NCBI RefSeq assembly: GCF_001194135.2 | Contig: NC_068982.1 | Span: 13,580,880-13,644,448 of the forward strand | Direction: 5' to 3' | Length of the DNA stretch: 63,569 bases | From: Octopus bimaculoides | Lineage: Eukaryota | Shown here: piece by piece, positions 49,960 to 61,706 of the stretch | Position numbering within the stretch: the stretch's first letter is position 1 | Layout: every line of letters begins with the position of its first letter | The notes under the pieces: generated by a model | Databases searched by the model: none | The model's input: only the letters and a program-made list of their open reading frames with translations | What the model was told of the DNA's origin: nothing | Program-made: the position numbers and the translations under genes

Positions 49960-50770
49960 ACATACAGATTGAAAAGGAGAAACAGATACATTAGATCAAT
50001 ATGCACCAAAGAATAAAACATTTACATATACTTACACAGAGAAAGTGAATGCTCACCTGACTATAAGATGTTATTGGGGAAAATCATTCCTCAGAAGAGC
50101 ATTTATATTCTCATCCACAAACAATGCACCAAAGAAAGAAATACATAGAATTAAATAGACATTAACAACAGATACTCTAAAAGACTAGCGGTCCAAGCTA
50201 TAAAAGAATGGAGACAGAAATACAATGCAACAAATATGCCAGAAAATACACCTAATAGAAATACATGAACTACACATAAAATCGATTACATGAACCAAAT
50301 GCACAAAACTATTGAACAGATGAACATATAATAAAACCCCTCATAAAATGTAACACAAAATGCATCACATCTGACCGTCAATTTAAACTGATAATGTACT
50401 ATAAAAACACCAAAAGCAAAAGCCTTCTTGTCAAAAAACACATAAAAAACATGAGCCAAAGAACCAACTATGGATGACCAATATGATCCATAAATCTGGC
50501 TGTAAAACTGGATGTTGCAAATTTCAGGACACAATCTGTTATATAGGACAGAGCTGCATAGCACTCTCACCAAGGCTCTCTGTGCTTTTGCAACATTCAC
50601 CAAGCACCATAAAATGGAAGTAAAGAGGAAAATACTTGAGGAAAATATTAATAAATTTTTTGTAAAACTCCAAACAAATGATAAAAGACTAAATATAGAG
50701 ACTATACCTGTGCCTATTTATGAAATGATTTTTGTTGAAAATTCCCAGGATTTTCCTCATGCATGATGAA
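49960..50770 (+). pseudogene. Penelope-like element fragment (RT thumb to GIY-YIG)
   Basis: CSPDYK...FLRRAF...EIHRIK; KLIMYYKNTKSK; TNMIHKSGCKTGCC...CYIGQSCIALSPRLS. Confidence 0.7.
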
Positions 50771-50776
50771 GTCATA

Positions 50777-51695
50777 TTGGGTCATCCCATAAATAATGCC
50801 GTTTTTTTCAATTGCATGAACTAAAAGTCAGAAAGGGACAGGTTAAACTTCCTGCATCGACTAGCTATAAAAGCAAATAGTAAATTTACCTTGCCCTTAT
50901 TCTTAATGCACGTTCTGAAGAGTGCAGTTCGATGCTAACAGTTATTTCTTCGAAGCTGTAATGGAAGTGTCAAAGGAGCATATTCGTCATTCTTTGCTTT
51001 ATGAGTTCAATAAAGGCAACAATGCAATGGAAAGTGCGAAGAATATTAATGCAGTATATGGGGGTCGGACAATATGCATAAGCCAGTGTCAATGGTAGTT
51101 CCAGAAATTCCAGGCTGGAAACTACAGCCTAGAAGATGAGCTTTGTCCTGGAAGATCTGTAGAGCTCAATGAGAACATCCTGTAAATCCTGGTGGAACAA
51201 AATCCCATCAGAACTGTTGAGGAACCAGCTGAGAAGCTTGGATTTGGTCATCCTTCAACCATTCATCAACACCTGCACTAGAAGAAAAATGACCATCTTT
51301 GCTTTCAAGACGAAAGGTGTTCTTTCATCAGGACAATGCTTGGCCACAAACAGTGAGAATGACATATTAAAGGCAGTTTGAATGGAAACGATGCCCCATC
51401 CATCATATTCACTGGACATTGTCCCATCTGATTACAATTTATTCCATAGTCTTCAAAATCAATGGATGGAAAAAATATGAATTCTGTACACGAGGTTAGA
51501 ACAGTAATGGAGGAGTATTTTCCATCATGGAAAAGTGAATTTTGGAAGAGGGGCCTTGAAAGTCTATCAGATAGATGGTAGACCATTGTAAAAACTGAAG
51601 GAGAGTACACTTTAAATTAAAAAAAGAATTTTGTTTTTCTTAATTTTGAAGAATAAAAGAAATATTTAAAAACTATTATTTATGGGATGATCCAA
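50777..51695 (+). mobile_element. Internally deleted mariner element; transposase pseudogene 50961-51620
   Basis: TIRs TTGGGTCATCCCATAAATAAT / ATTATTTATGGGATGATCCAA, TA on both sides; MEVSKEHIRHSLLYEFNKGNNA...FQKFQAGNYSLEDE...FFHQDNAWP...HPSYSLDIVPSDYNLFHSLQN. Confidence 0.95.
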
Positions 51696-52035
51696 TACAT
51701 TTTGGCAATTTTTTTCTAGTTTTCTTCTAGTATGATGGTATTGTCCAAGCAGGTATTGATGGTATTGTCCAGGCAGGTATTGTCCAGGCAGGTATTGATG
51801 GTAGTGTCCAGTATGTGCATGTTTGAAATATTCAGTGTTTACTTGTATATATTCATCTTTAGCATCTGCATATTTTATGAAAATACGCATCTATGCTCTG
51901 GAATCTGTGGCTTCATTCCATGTATATATAAGGGTATAATATATTGGTTTCAAATATTCGCACAAGGCCAGCAAATTTGGGAGAGAGGGAGGAGGGGCTA
52001 ATCAGTTACATCGATCCCAATACTCACCTGGTACT

Positions 52036-52270
52036 CACCATCATCATCATCTTTTAACGTCCGTTTTCCATGCTGGCATGGGTTGGACGGTTTGACTGTG
52101 GAGTGGCAAGCCAGTAGGCTGCACCAGGATCCAATCTGATCTGGCAAAGTTTCTACAGCTGGATGCCCTTCCTAATGCCAACCACTCCTATAATTTAGTG
52201 TCACTGGTATGAGGGCCTTTCAGGCAGCACTGGCATCGAAAACATTTGGATGGTACCTTTTTTTAGGGTT
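52036..52270 (-). mobile_element. SINE family C
   Basis: (CAT)n tail and core. Confidence 0.85.
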
Positions 52271-52461
52271 ACCAGTGTCCCATGCAAGCTGGATTTCAGC
52301 AACCTTACATATATAATATTTTCTTTTTAATTTTCCCAAAGAGAAAAAAACTACAGCTGTAAGAATACAATGTTTATTACAATTTATATGCTAAAGATAA
52401 CAGTTAAAAAAAAAAAAATCAACATTTTAAACCCTTTTGCTAATATAACTAAGAGAAAAAA

Positions 52462-52893
52462 GGCGGCGAGCTGGCAGAAACATTAGCACACCTGGCGGAA
52501 TGCTTAGCAGTATTTCGTTTGTCTTTACGTTCTGAGTTCAAATTCTGCCGAGGTCGACTTTGCCTTTCATCCTTTCGGGGACGATAAATTAAGTACCAGT
52601 TACGCACTGGGGTCGATGTAATCGACTTAATCCGTTTGTCTGTCCTTGTTTGTCCCCTTTATGTTTATCCCCTTGTGGGCAATAAAGAAATAAGAAACAT
52701 CAGCACACCGGGCAAAATTTAGCAGTATTTCGTCTGTCTTTACATTTTAAGTTCAAATTCTGCCGGGGTCGACTTTGCCTTTCATCCTTTTGAGGTCGAT
52801 AAATTAAGTACCAGTTGCATACTGGGGTCGATCTAGTCAACTGGGCCCCTCCCCAAAAATTACAGGCCTTGTGCCGAGAGTAAAAAAGATTAT
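52462..52893 (+). mobile_element. SINE family B, full-length dimer
   Basis: GGCGGCGAGCTGGCAGAAAC head, B box GAGTTCAAATTC in each unit, CTTTGCCTTTCATCCTTTCGGGG.CGATAAATTAAGTACCAG central domain (resembles the Meta domain, recalled). Confidence 0.9.
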
Positions 52894-53659
52894 TTTCTAT
52901 TTAAACCTTTCCTAAGAATTTAATTTTAGTGTTAAGAAAATCACAAACACATGACAATGCACCACTACTACACGCCACCTCAAGATGCTGCCAAAGTTGC
53001 AGATTCCTTCAATCAGCCCTAAATAGCAATGAATCTGATTGGATGCATTCATTCACAGATAAATAAACTACCTTCACTTGGAGTAGTGATATGTTCTAGA
53101 ATTAGAACATTAAACTTTAAAATAAAAGGGATGAAGACATTTTTCTTTGCATGATATCAGCAATGACAATCAGCATTGACAAGTAATTTCACAGGTTTGT
53201 CACCAAGAATTGAAGAGATAAAATATAATGAAGATTAAAGGGAAAGGATGCTAACAAGAGATTGTATTTTTAGAATTGTTCAGGTGAAAATTAAACAAAA
53301 TATATCTAAAAAATAATAATGATAGGAAAAAACTTACGATACAAGAGATAAAAGTAGAGACATTAAAAAGAAACTTTATTTTTAAAAAAATCTAATCATT
53401 GGAATTATTAGAGAGCAGCTGACATATTTAAAACGTATGTATTTGAATTTAGTTTTATTAGAATCTTTTTTGACAATGGATTGGTAATCTCTAATATGTA
53501 CAGAAATACTTAAGCAGATACATAGAAAATTCTTGTTTGAAAGATATTTCATCAGAATGCTTATTTGTGTATTGGGATACTTATATGCTAAAATGATAAA
53601 TTGAAATAATTTATTAGATTTATAGTCACACACAGATATAAAAAAATATGTGTACAAAT

Positions 53660-54101
53660 GTTGTTCGTCCGTCGGAACGATGAGGTCATCATCAGTGAGT
53701 GCAGAGATGGCTGATAAGCCCAATCCGCGCTTGGAAAGATCTGCTGCAGTAGGGACAGGGAATGGTAGCAGGTGCCGGGGGCTTCAAAGCATTGTTCTCT
53801 CTGTTCTGCCTGCGCTTCTCTGCAGCAGCTTTCCTGTCACTTTCATATTGGCGGGGCACCGTTGTGAACAGCAGCCCGCCACTTGGTCCTATCTAAAGCT
53901 GTCTGCTCCCATGATGACTGGTCAATGTTGAAGGCCTTCAGTGATACCTTTAGGCTGTCCTTAAACCCGTTCCTCTGGCCGCCATGGGAGTGCTTGCCTT
54001 GCTGGAGCTCACCAAACAGAACCTTCATGGGTATTCTGTAGTTTGGCATGTGGGCTACATGACCAGCCCAGTGAAGCTGAGTTCTCATCAGAATGGTAGG
54101 G
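53660..54101 (-). mobile_element. 5'-truncated RTE (BovB-like) LINE
   Basis: QLHWAGHVAHMPNYRIPMKVLFGEL...CPYCSRSFQARIGLISHLCTH**; perfect 12-bp TSD ATGTGTACAAAT at 53648-53659 and 54102-54113. Confidence 0.95.
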
Positions 54102-54225
54102 ATGTGTACAAATACAGAGCTAAACAACAGAAATATGCATCCAAACATGTTAATTACTTCTACTGGTCAAAGTAATCTAATATTCTTCAGTTGCTTCTTA
54201 TGTAGTAGAAGCAACAGTGCATAGT

Positions 54226-54544
54226 GGAGGCACAATGGCCCAGTGGTTAAGGCAGTGGACTCGCGGTTTCGATTCCCAGACCGGGCGTTGTGAGAGTTTA
54301 TTGAACGAAAAGACTTAAAGATCCACGAAGCTTTGGCAGGGGGGTGGGGTGAATCTTGCTCTATTCTTTCACCACAACTTTCTCTCACTCTTTCTTCCTG
54401 TTTCTGTTGTACTTCTATTTCAAAGGGCCAGCGTTGTCACACTGTGTCACGCTGAATCTCCCCGAGAACTGCGTTAAGGGTACACGTGTCTGTGGAGTGC
54501 TCAGCCACTTGTATGTCAATTTCACGAGCAGGCTGTTCCATTGA
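54226..54544 (+). mobile_element. SINE family D variant (tRNA head)
   Basis: A box TGGCCCAGTGG, B box GGTTTCGATTCC; head shared with 43480-43672. Confidence 0.8.
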
Positions 54545-54549
54545 AAGAA

Positions 54550-54720
54550 AAAGGTGGGGTATTTGGTGAACTGTTGGCGGACTTCAGGAAGCATGCAAGT
54601 TTTGAAGGATGTAGTGTCGCGACAGGTAACAACTGATGCGGGTAGTTTATTCCATGCTTCAGCAATTCTGAGCAGGAAAAAATGTTTATGTAAGCGATGG
54701 GTGTTGTGTTGTTTTTTGTT
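54550..54720 (-). mobile_element. CR1/L2-type LINE 3' fragment
   Basis: Minus translation FFLLRIAEAWNKLPASVVTCRDTTSFKTC (cf. FFxxRVVxxWNxLPxxVV...FK). Confidence 0.75.
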
Positions 54721-55025
54721 TTAGATCTTATAGTCAGATTTCAAATCTTGCCACAGGCAACTTTGGCATTTATCCTTCAGGGCTCAATAAAATAAAGAAT
54801 CAGTTCATTGTGTTGGAATGGCAGGATTAGAGTAGCAGATGAAATTCATTGTAGAATTTGTTCCAGCTCGTTACATTTTCAATGCCCAAGTATGTATGAA
54901 CAAACTTGTCTTCATCTAGCTCCCAAGATGGTATCTTGTTAAAAATGCCAAAAGACAACATTAAACCACCCACCTTTTTATATTCTCCCACAAAAATTCC
55001 ATGACAAATGCATAGCACTTTTCAA

Positions 55026-55246
55026 CCCTTTTGATGTCAACCCACTTGAAACCACCTCTGGCTCTGTAATAAAAATGTCTTGTTTTCATAAGTTTTAAAT
55101 TAAAATCTTCCACTAAACCTTAGTCACAATTTATGTTCCTAACACTAGCTTAATGATAACCAAGTTATTTTACTAAATTCTTTGTTATATTTAAAGTAAT
55201 TGAAAAAAAGACAGATCATCTCAACAGAAATATGGTAACAAAAGGG
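55026..55246. mobile_element. piggyBac-type MITE, copy 1
   Basis: TIRs CCCTTTTGATGTCA / TGGTAACAAAAGGG; flanks TCAA and TTAA. Confidence 0.8.
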
Positions 55247-55266
55247 TTAACAAATGATTAATTTAA

Positions 55267-55484
55267 CCATTTTGATACCAACCCAGCTCAGCCTCTGGCT
55301 CTATAGTACAGATGTCTTGTTTTCAAAAGTTTTGAATTAAAATCTTCCACCAAACCTTAGTCACAATTTATGTTCCTAACACTAGCTTAATGACAACTAA
55401 GTTATTTTACTAAATTCTTTGTTATATTTAAAATTAACTGAAAGAAACACAGAGCATCTCAAAATAAATACTGTTGTGAAAGGG
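55267..55484. mobile_element. piggyBac-type MITE, copy 2
   Basis: TTAA on both sides (55263-55266, 55485-55488); highly similar to copy 1. Confidence 0.8.
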
Positions 55485-56440
55485 TTAAAGGAAGTCACTA
55501 AAGCAAATTTCTTTTTTGACCTGAGAACAGAGAGAGGATTTGCATTCAATGTTACGTTGAATGCAAATCCATGATAAAATAAGTAATATCATGGTTTTAT
55601 AGTTTTCATGACAGAACCTTTAAGAGTTAACAAATATTAATTATACAGACCACTATGTACTGTAGCTTCTTTACATTACTCTATCTAAATATTTATTTTA
55701 TCTTATTAAAATCAATTTTTATTAATTTTTTTTTAAATATATAAACATTATGTAAAAACAGTAAAAAAAATCTCTTGAACATTGATAAATATTTTCATTT
55801 CAACTTTGAAAGTAAATGATGCCAATACAGTTGATATTTACTGGGGAAAAAAATAATGCTTCTTTTTCTGAAATTTTGCATAAACTATGACAATTTAACA
55901 TTTTTAGTGATCAGCTTATCTTCATTAACAAAATCATTTCATGCTATCTAGATGGCTTTAATAGTTATTTTGATACAAATTATTTCACTTTAAAAACAAA
56001 TTAATTTGTTTTTTTTTTCTCAAACATAATATGAATTTTTATACATCATTAAATATTTATATTGTCTCTTGATCTCACAGCTGACATTTCATAATTGCAG
56101 GGTGACCATGGTAACAACTTGTTTTTTGAAATATTCTACTAAATGGTAAAAACATCTAAAGTGTAAAATTTTAATTGTTACCATTAAATCAGATAACTAA
56201 TATGAAGTTTCTTTTTTTGTTGCTGTTGTTTTAATCATAATTGATACAGTTAAAATAATTCATCTAAATTCATCTAACTAAAATGCAGTAATGCTTTTAT
56301 TGTGATGAAAGTAAAAAAAAAATCTCTCGTTTGTTTCAGGGTTTTATAAAATAAGATCTTAACTCTGGATTCAGTTCATTATTTACTTTATTTACATTAT
56401 TTACATTTGACAAATATTTGTCCTCATCTTGTTTGTTGTT

Positions 56441-56486
56441 AACATAACGTTTCGGCTGATATACCCTCCAGCCTTCATCAGGTGTC
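56441..56486 (-). ncRNA. Minimal type I hammerhead ribozyme motif
   Basis: Minus: GACAC-CTGATGA-A-GGCTGG[AGGGTATA]TCAGCC-GAA-ACGT-T-ATGTT; core intact, one stem I mismatch. Confidence 0.7.
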
Positions 56487-56561
56487 TTGGAGAAATTTCG
56501 AACCTGGGTTCACATTCCTAAGGTATTTTTCTATGTTGTTGTTATTATTATTATTATCATT

Positions 56562-56607
<46 letters not shown>

Positions 56608-56787
56608 TCACTGCCTGGAATTGAACTCGGAATCTTGGGGTTAGTAGCGCATGCTCTTAACCACCGGCATATGGCGTAGTGGTTAAGAGAGCAGGCTACT
56701 AACCCCAAGAATCTGAGTTCGATTCCAGACAGTGACCTGAATAATAATTATAATAACATCAAAAAAATTCCTTAGGAATTTCCCCAA

Positions 56788-56833
56788 GACACCTGAAGAA
56801 GGCTGGAGGGTATATCAGCCGAAATATTGTGTT
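56788..56833 (+). ncRNA. Minimal type I hammerhead ribozyme motif
   Basis: GACAC-CTGAAGA-A-GGCTGG[AGGGTATA]TCAGCC-GAA-ATAT-T-GTGTT; stem I fully paired, stem III still palindromic. Confidence 0.7.
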
Positions 56834-57150
56834 AACAGCAAACAAGATGAGGACAAATATCTGTCAAATGTAAATAATGTTAATAATGTGAATAATGTAC
56901 ATAATTCCTCATCTCTTAAACATAGAACTGTATTATCTGGATTCAGTTGTATTAAGTTGATAAATGATAACTATTTTCCTGATCGAGAGACAAATCTATC
57001 ACAAAATATGCTGAATATATGATGTCTATTTTTAGCAGTTAGATAAATGAAGATACATAAGAAATATGTACCTTTACAATAGATTTGCACTCATAAGATA
57101 AGAACTGATTTTGCTAGGCTAAATTATCTCATGAAAAAATAAATGCTGAC

Positions 57151-57551
57151 GCATAGGTGCAGGAGTGGCTGTGTGGTAAGTAGCTTGCTTACCAACCACA
57201 TGGTTCCGGGTTCAGTCCCACTGCGTGGCACCTTGGGCAAGTGTGTTCTACTATAGCCTCGGGCCAACCAAAGCCTTGTGAGTGGATTTGGTAGACGGAA
57301 ACTGAAAGAAGCCCATCGTATATTTGTATATGTATATATATGTGTGTGTTTGTGTGTCTGTGTTTGTCTCCCCAACATCGCTTGACAACTGATGCTGGTG
57401 TGTTTATGTCCCTGTCACTTAGCATTTCAGCAAAAGAGACCGATAAAATAAGTACTAGGCTTACAAAGAATAAGTCCCAGGGTCCATTTGCTCGACTAAA
57501 GGTGGTGCTCCAGCATGGCCACAATCAAATGACTGAAACAAGTAAAAGAGT
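57151..57551 (+). mobile_element. SINE family A, full length
   Basis: Closest to the apparent consensus; CpGs retained. Confidence 0.95.
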
Positions 57552-58980
57552 ATACTTAAATGATACTCATCTGGTGAGTGAACTCTGATGGCCATTACAT
57601 GACATTCCAAGCTGTCAAAGACACCTTTATGGTTTTAATTTACAGCAAAATAAAATGCATAGAAATAATCTAATTTTAGTCTCCTGATGATGTGGGATCT
57701 ATTTTTACTGCACAATTAACTGTAGTTGTATGAAGCAGAGGGAGATGCACTGTAACAAAGTGTCACTGCATCCACCATGACTGTGTTTGAGTTTCATCAC
57801 ATTTATTTCAGATTTTTCAAATGTTTTTAGTTTTATTTTCACATCTTATTTGGAACAACAATATTCCCAAATTCATATTTGATGTTTCCAGTCATTCACA
57901 ATCTCTTTTGAAAACATACAATGCACCAAATATTATAAAAGATAACAAAAAGAAATATTGAATAAAATTAAAAAAAAAAAACACTGCACAGCTTTAAAGA
58001 TAATGGCAGCATAAAAATTTGCAAGTACTGACAAAAGTAATATGTTTGTAATCATGGATAGAGAAGAATATATCACAAAAATTGATATTTTTCTCAGAGA
58101 CAATGACAAATTCACTAAGATCAAAAAAGATAAAACAACTAAAATTAAAATTAGATTAATTACAAAGATAAATGCACAAATAGGATCGCCTTTGACAGAA
58201 AATTCTTCCTAGCACATACATAAATGGCACAAACAAAAGAACCCCTTCTGACCTATAACATCCCAAATATATACATTTACACATTCAATTACCAAACAAA
58301 TAGACAGCATAATCAAAAAGTAGACTCCAGAGAAATATAGTATAGTGTCTCTGAAGAATTTTTACAGAGTTTGAAAGAAATCAACACAATAGATATATTC
58401 TTCAGCTTAGATATAGAAAGTTTGTTTGCTAATACCCCAGAGGCAGAAATAATAGGAATCAGAATTGAAACTGTATATAAACACCCCAAAATAAAGCTAC
58501 TCATGACACCTGCAAACCTATTAAAAATGTTACTCGTGTCATGTGCAGTTGAGTTACCTTTTTACTGCCCACAGGATAATTTATATAAAGAGAAGGAGTA
58601 CCTATGTGTTCTCCCTTGGGACCTACATTTGCAGCTTTCTCATTATCTACAATAGAAAATGGAATAATAACGAAACATAAACACATAATATACATTAGAT
58701 ACATAGATGATATTCTAGTGATAATGGATACATTAAAGGATGCCGAAGAGGAACAAAAAGAAAACTTAATAACTCTGAACTGAAATTTAACATTCAGAAT
58801 AATAAAAATGAGACTTGGATTTAGATATAAATATATACATAGCAAAAATAAAGCATACATTAGGTTGGTGTACAGCAAAGAACCAAACAAGTGTGTGTGC
58901 CTATATGGGGACAGTGAACCCCCTACACAAAGGTAACACATCAACTTAAAAAATGAAATCAATCCTTAGGTTTAGATTCT

Positions 58981-59378
58981 CATAGGTGCAGGTGTGGCTG
59001 TGTGGTAAGGAGGAGCTTGCTTTCCAACCACATGGTCCTGGGTTCACTCCCACTGCATGGGCTATAGACTGGGGCTGACCAAAGCTTTGTGAGTGGATTT
59101 GGTAGCTGAAAAACTAAATGAAGCCTCACATATTTGAGTATATATGTGTGTGCATACATGTGTGTGTGAGTGTCTTTGTGTCTGTGTTTGTTCCCAATCA
59201 TTGCTTTGTGCTGGTGAGTTTACACACCTGAATTTAGTGGTTTGGCAAAAAAAAAAAATGTACCAGGTTTAAAAAAAATAAATACTGGTGTTGAGTCATT
59301 CAAGTAAAAAATTCTTCGTGGTGGTACCCCAGGATGGCCATAATCTAATGAATGAAACAAGTAAAAAATAAAAGATAA
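58981..59378 (+). mobile_element. SINE family A, diverged, inside the PLE
   Basis: Head GGTGTGGCTGTGTGGTAAG through the tail AAACAAGTAAAAAATAAAAG. Confidence 0.85.
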
Positions 59379-59544
59379 ATGTAAAGAATACATTGCTTTG
59401 GCATGCAGCAAAGAACCAAACAAATACCTAAATCTTGAAGACAATGGATGCCTATACAACTACAAAGCCACTGCTTACATTTAGATTCTCATTCACAAGC
59501 AAGGCACTCCACAAAGAAGTCTAATAAATACAACAAATATTGAT

Positions 59545-59760
59545 TTCAAATTTTGGCACAAGGCCAGCAATTTCGGGGCAGGGGGCAAGTTGATTAAATC
59601 AATCCCAGTACTCAACTGGTACTTATTTTATCAACTCCAGGAGGATGAAAGACAAAGTAGACCTTGGTAGAATTTGAACTCAGAACACGAAGACAGGCAT
59701 AGGGCTGTAAAGCATTTTGCCAGGTGTGGAGATGATTCTGCTAGTTTGTCACCTTCACAA
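59545..59760 (-). mobile_element. SINE family B monomer inside the PLE
   Basis: TTGGCACAAGGCCAGCAATTTC...GAATTTGAACTCAGAAC. Confidence 0.85.
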
Positions 59761-60610
59761 CAAATATTAATTAACGAGATATTCCAGCAGACTATTATAG
59801 AAGAGCTATAGAAGAATACAGGCACAAATACATCAAAGGATACACCCAATAAAATACGCAATTTGCACACAAAATTAATTATATGAGCAAATGTATAAAA
59901 ATTACTGAATAGATGAGACCTCATTGAGCAGGATACAAAATGCATCATGTCTGATCATAGCCTGAAATGATACTATGCTACAAAAACACCAAAACCAGAA
60001 TTCTTCTTACAATAACATACCACAAACATGTAAACCCCAAAACAAACTATTTATGAAAAGCTTGGTGTAAAATTGGAAGTTGTGAACTTCAGAATACCAG
60101 CTGTTGCATTTGACATACCAGGGCAACACTTCCAAAGGCTCACCATGCATTCTCATCAAGGAGCAATTTCAAAACACTATACCTCTTACCACAAAGCTAA
60201 GATAGAAATGTGAGAGAGCAATATTTGCATACTCTATAAAATTCTTCAGAAAAACACAAGATTTATTAAGAAAGCCATTCTGATATTGCAACACAATGCC
60301 AAAATAAACATGCAAACAATATGTTTATCAAAATATAAACATGTGGCTACTGGGATGAAAACTTGAGCACTACAAATAAATTGACACATGACTACTGATA
60401 TAGAGTATTTATAGTCAAAAAATTTTTGGTGGAAAAGTGTACATCAGTTGAAGTAGTATATAAAATAACACAGATACCAAACAAATTTAATTCTTGAAAA
60501 GGCGACTGTGAAGGTCTGGAAATGTCGAAAATGAATTTCAGGACTTTATTGTTCCAAAAATATCTAAGATAAAATGATCAAACTTGAACACAGTTAATGA
60601 AACATGCATG

Positions 60611-60678
<68 letters not shown>

Positions 60679-61002
60679 CACGCACCCACACACCCACATA
60701 TATATAGATATAAAATTAAAACAGTAGGGTAAAAAATTAGATATTAATTAATATCAATTTAATACCAGAGAACAAGCACATTAAAAGAATCAAGGAGATT
60801 CAGAAAAAATATCTGGGATCTCAAAGGATTATTGTATATGTATATATAAAAAGGAGACCACTAGGTGGACTGTTAATGTGCTAGAAGAAGATCACATGTA
60901 ATGTGTCTACTAAGACCCAATTGTTCTCAAAGGAAATTTAGCAAAGTAACAAAAACGTATGCGGGCAAGACAAGTGAAAATTACATAAGTATATACCGTT
61001 AT

Positions 61003-61063
61003 CTCTAAACTAGTTTCAAAATTAACATTTTCTTACCGAAAATATGTTTCTCATCAGAACAGA
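61003..61063 (-). ncRNA. Decayed hammerhead-like motif
   Basis: Minus: TCTGTT-CTGATGA-GAAA...TTTT-GAA-ACTAGT-T-TAGAG; core and palindromic stem III present, stem I broken. Confidence 0.4.
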
Positions 61064-61189
61064 CCGCTAAATAAATATAATTCTCAGAATCATATACTAG
61101 TTGTTCCCCACGAATGGAGCACATGTACACGGTTGTGTTAATTATGTTTATGGTAAGATTCAGAAGTCTAGTATACGATTCTGAGAATT

Positions 61190-61267
61190 ATATATAGATA
61201 GATAGACAGACAGATGGAGAGACAGATAAATAGACAGACAGACAGACAGACAAATAGACAGATAGAC

Positions 61268-61285
<18 letters not shown>
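61190..61285. repeat. (GATA)/(GACA) tetranucleotide microsatellite
   Basis: Directly visible. Confidence 0.9.
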
Positions 61286-61303
<18 letters not shown>

Positions 61304-61641
61304 TTCTGTATATATTCCTAACCTACAAAGTCTTGGTATTCCAGTAATTATCATTGTCAGATTTGTGTCATTAGGCAGACGAAATGCCTGTCACATACTT
61401 TGCTAACATTTACTAAGTGTCCTGCAGCTACAATCTTCAATTCATATATATCCTTTCTTATGCCTTTCATGTCCTATTTTTTGTTTTCCCCTTACATAAT
61501 TTCTGTGTGCTTGTGTATTAACAAAATAAGTAAACATACTCACAAATTGAGTTCTTTTTGTTCTGTTTGTTCTACAAAAAAAAAAAACGATTTGTTTACA
61601 TTTTAATAAGTATCCTGTGGCTCTATAATCAGAAATTTGGG

Positions 61642-61706
<65 letters not shown>

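Larger units (their letters stand above)
56377..56935. mobile_element. Head-to-head inverted pair of the tRNA-headed hammerhead retroposon (family H)
   Basis: Left arm is the reverse complement of the right arm about CATATG at 56668-56673; 13-bp direct repeat TCTGGATTCAGTT at 56364-56376 and 56936-56948. Confidence 0.9.
57900..60540 (+). pseudogene. Long decayed Penelope-like element (RT plus GIY-YIG), split by two SINEs
   Basis: DKSNMFVIMDREEYITKI; SLDIESLFANTP; GVPMCSPLGPTF; YIRYIDDILV; ILCYKNTKT; RLTMHSHQGAISKH, in PLE order. Confidence 0.85.

Noticed and set aside
53400-53620. Possible two-exon TBC-like fragment (ECLFVYWDTYML)
   Set aside because: The splice phases are incompatible and both candidate frames stop shortly afterwards.
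56670-56740. tRNA gene with an ACT anticodon
   Set aside because: The acceptor stem is missing and the anticodon and T stems are mispaired; it is a SINE head, as are the heads at 611, 26741 and 54226.
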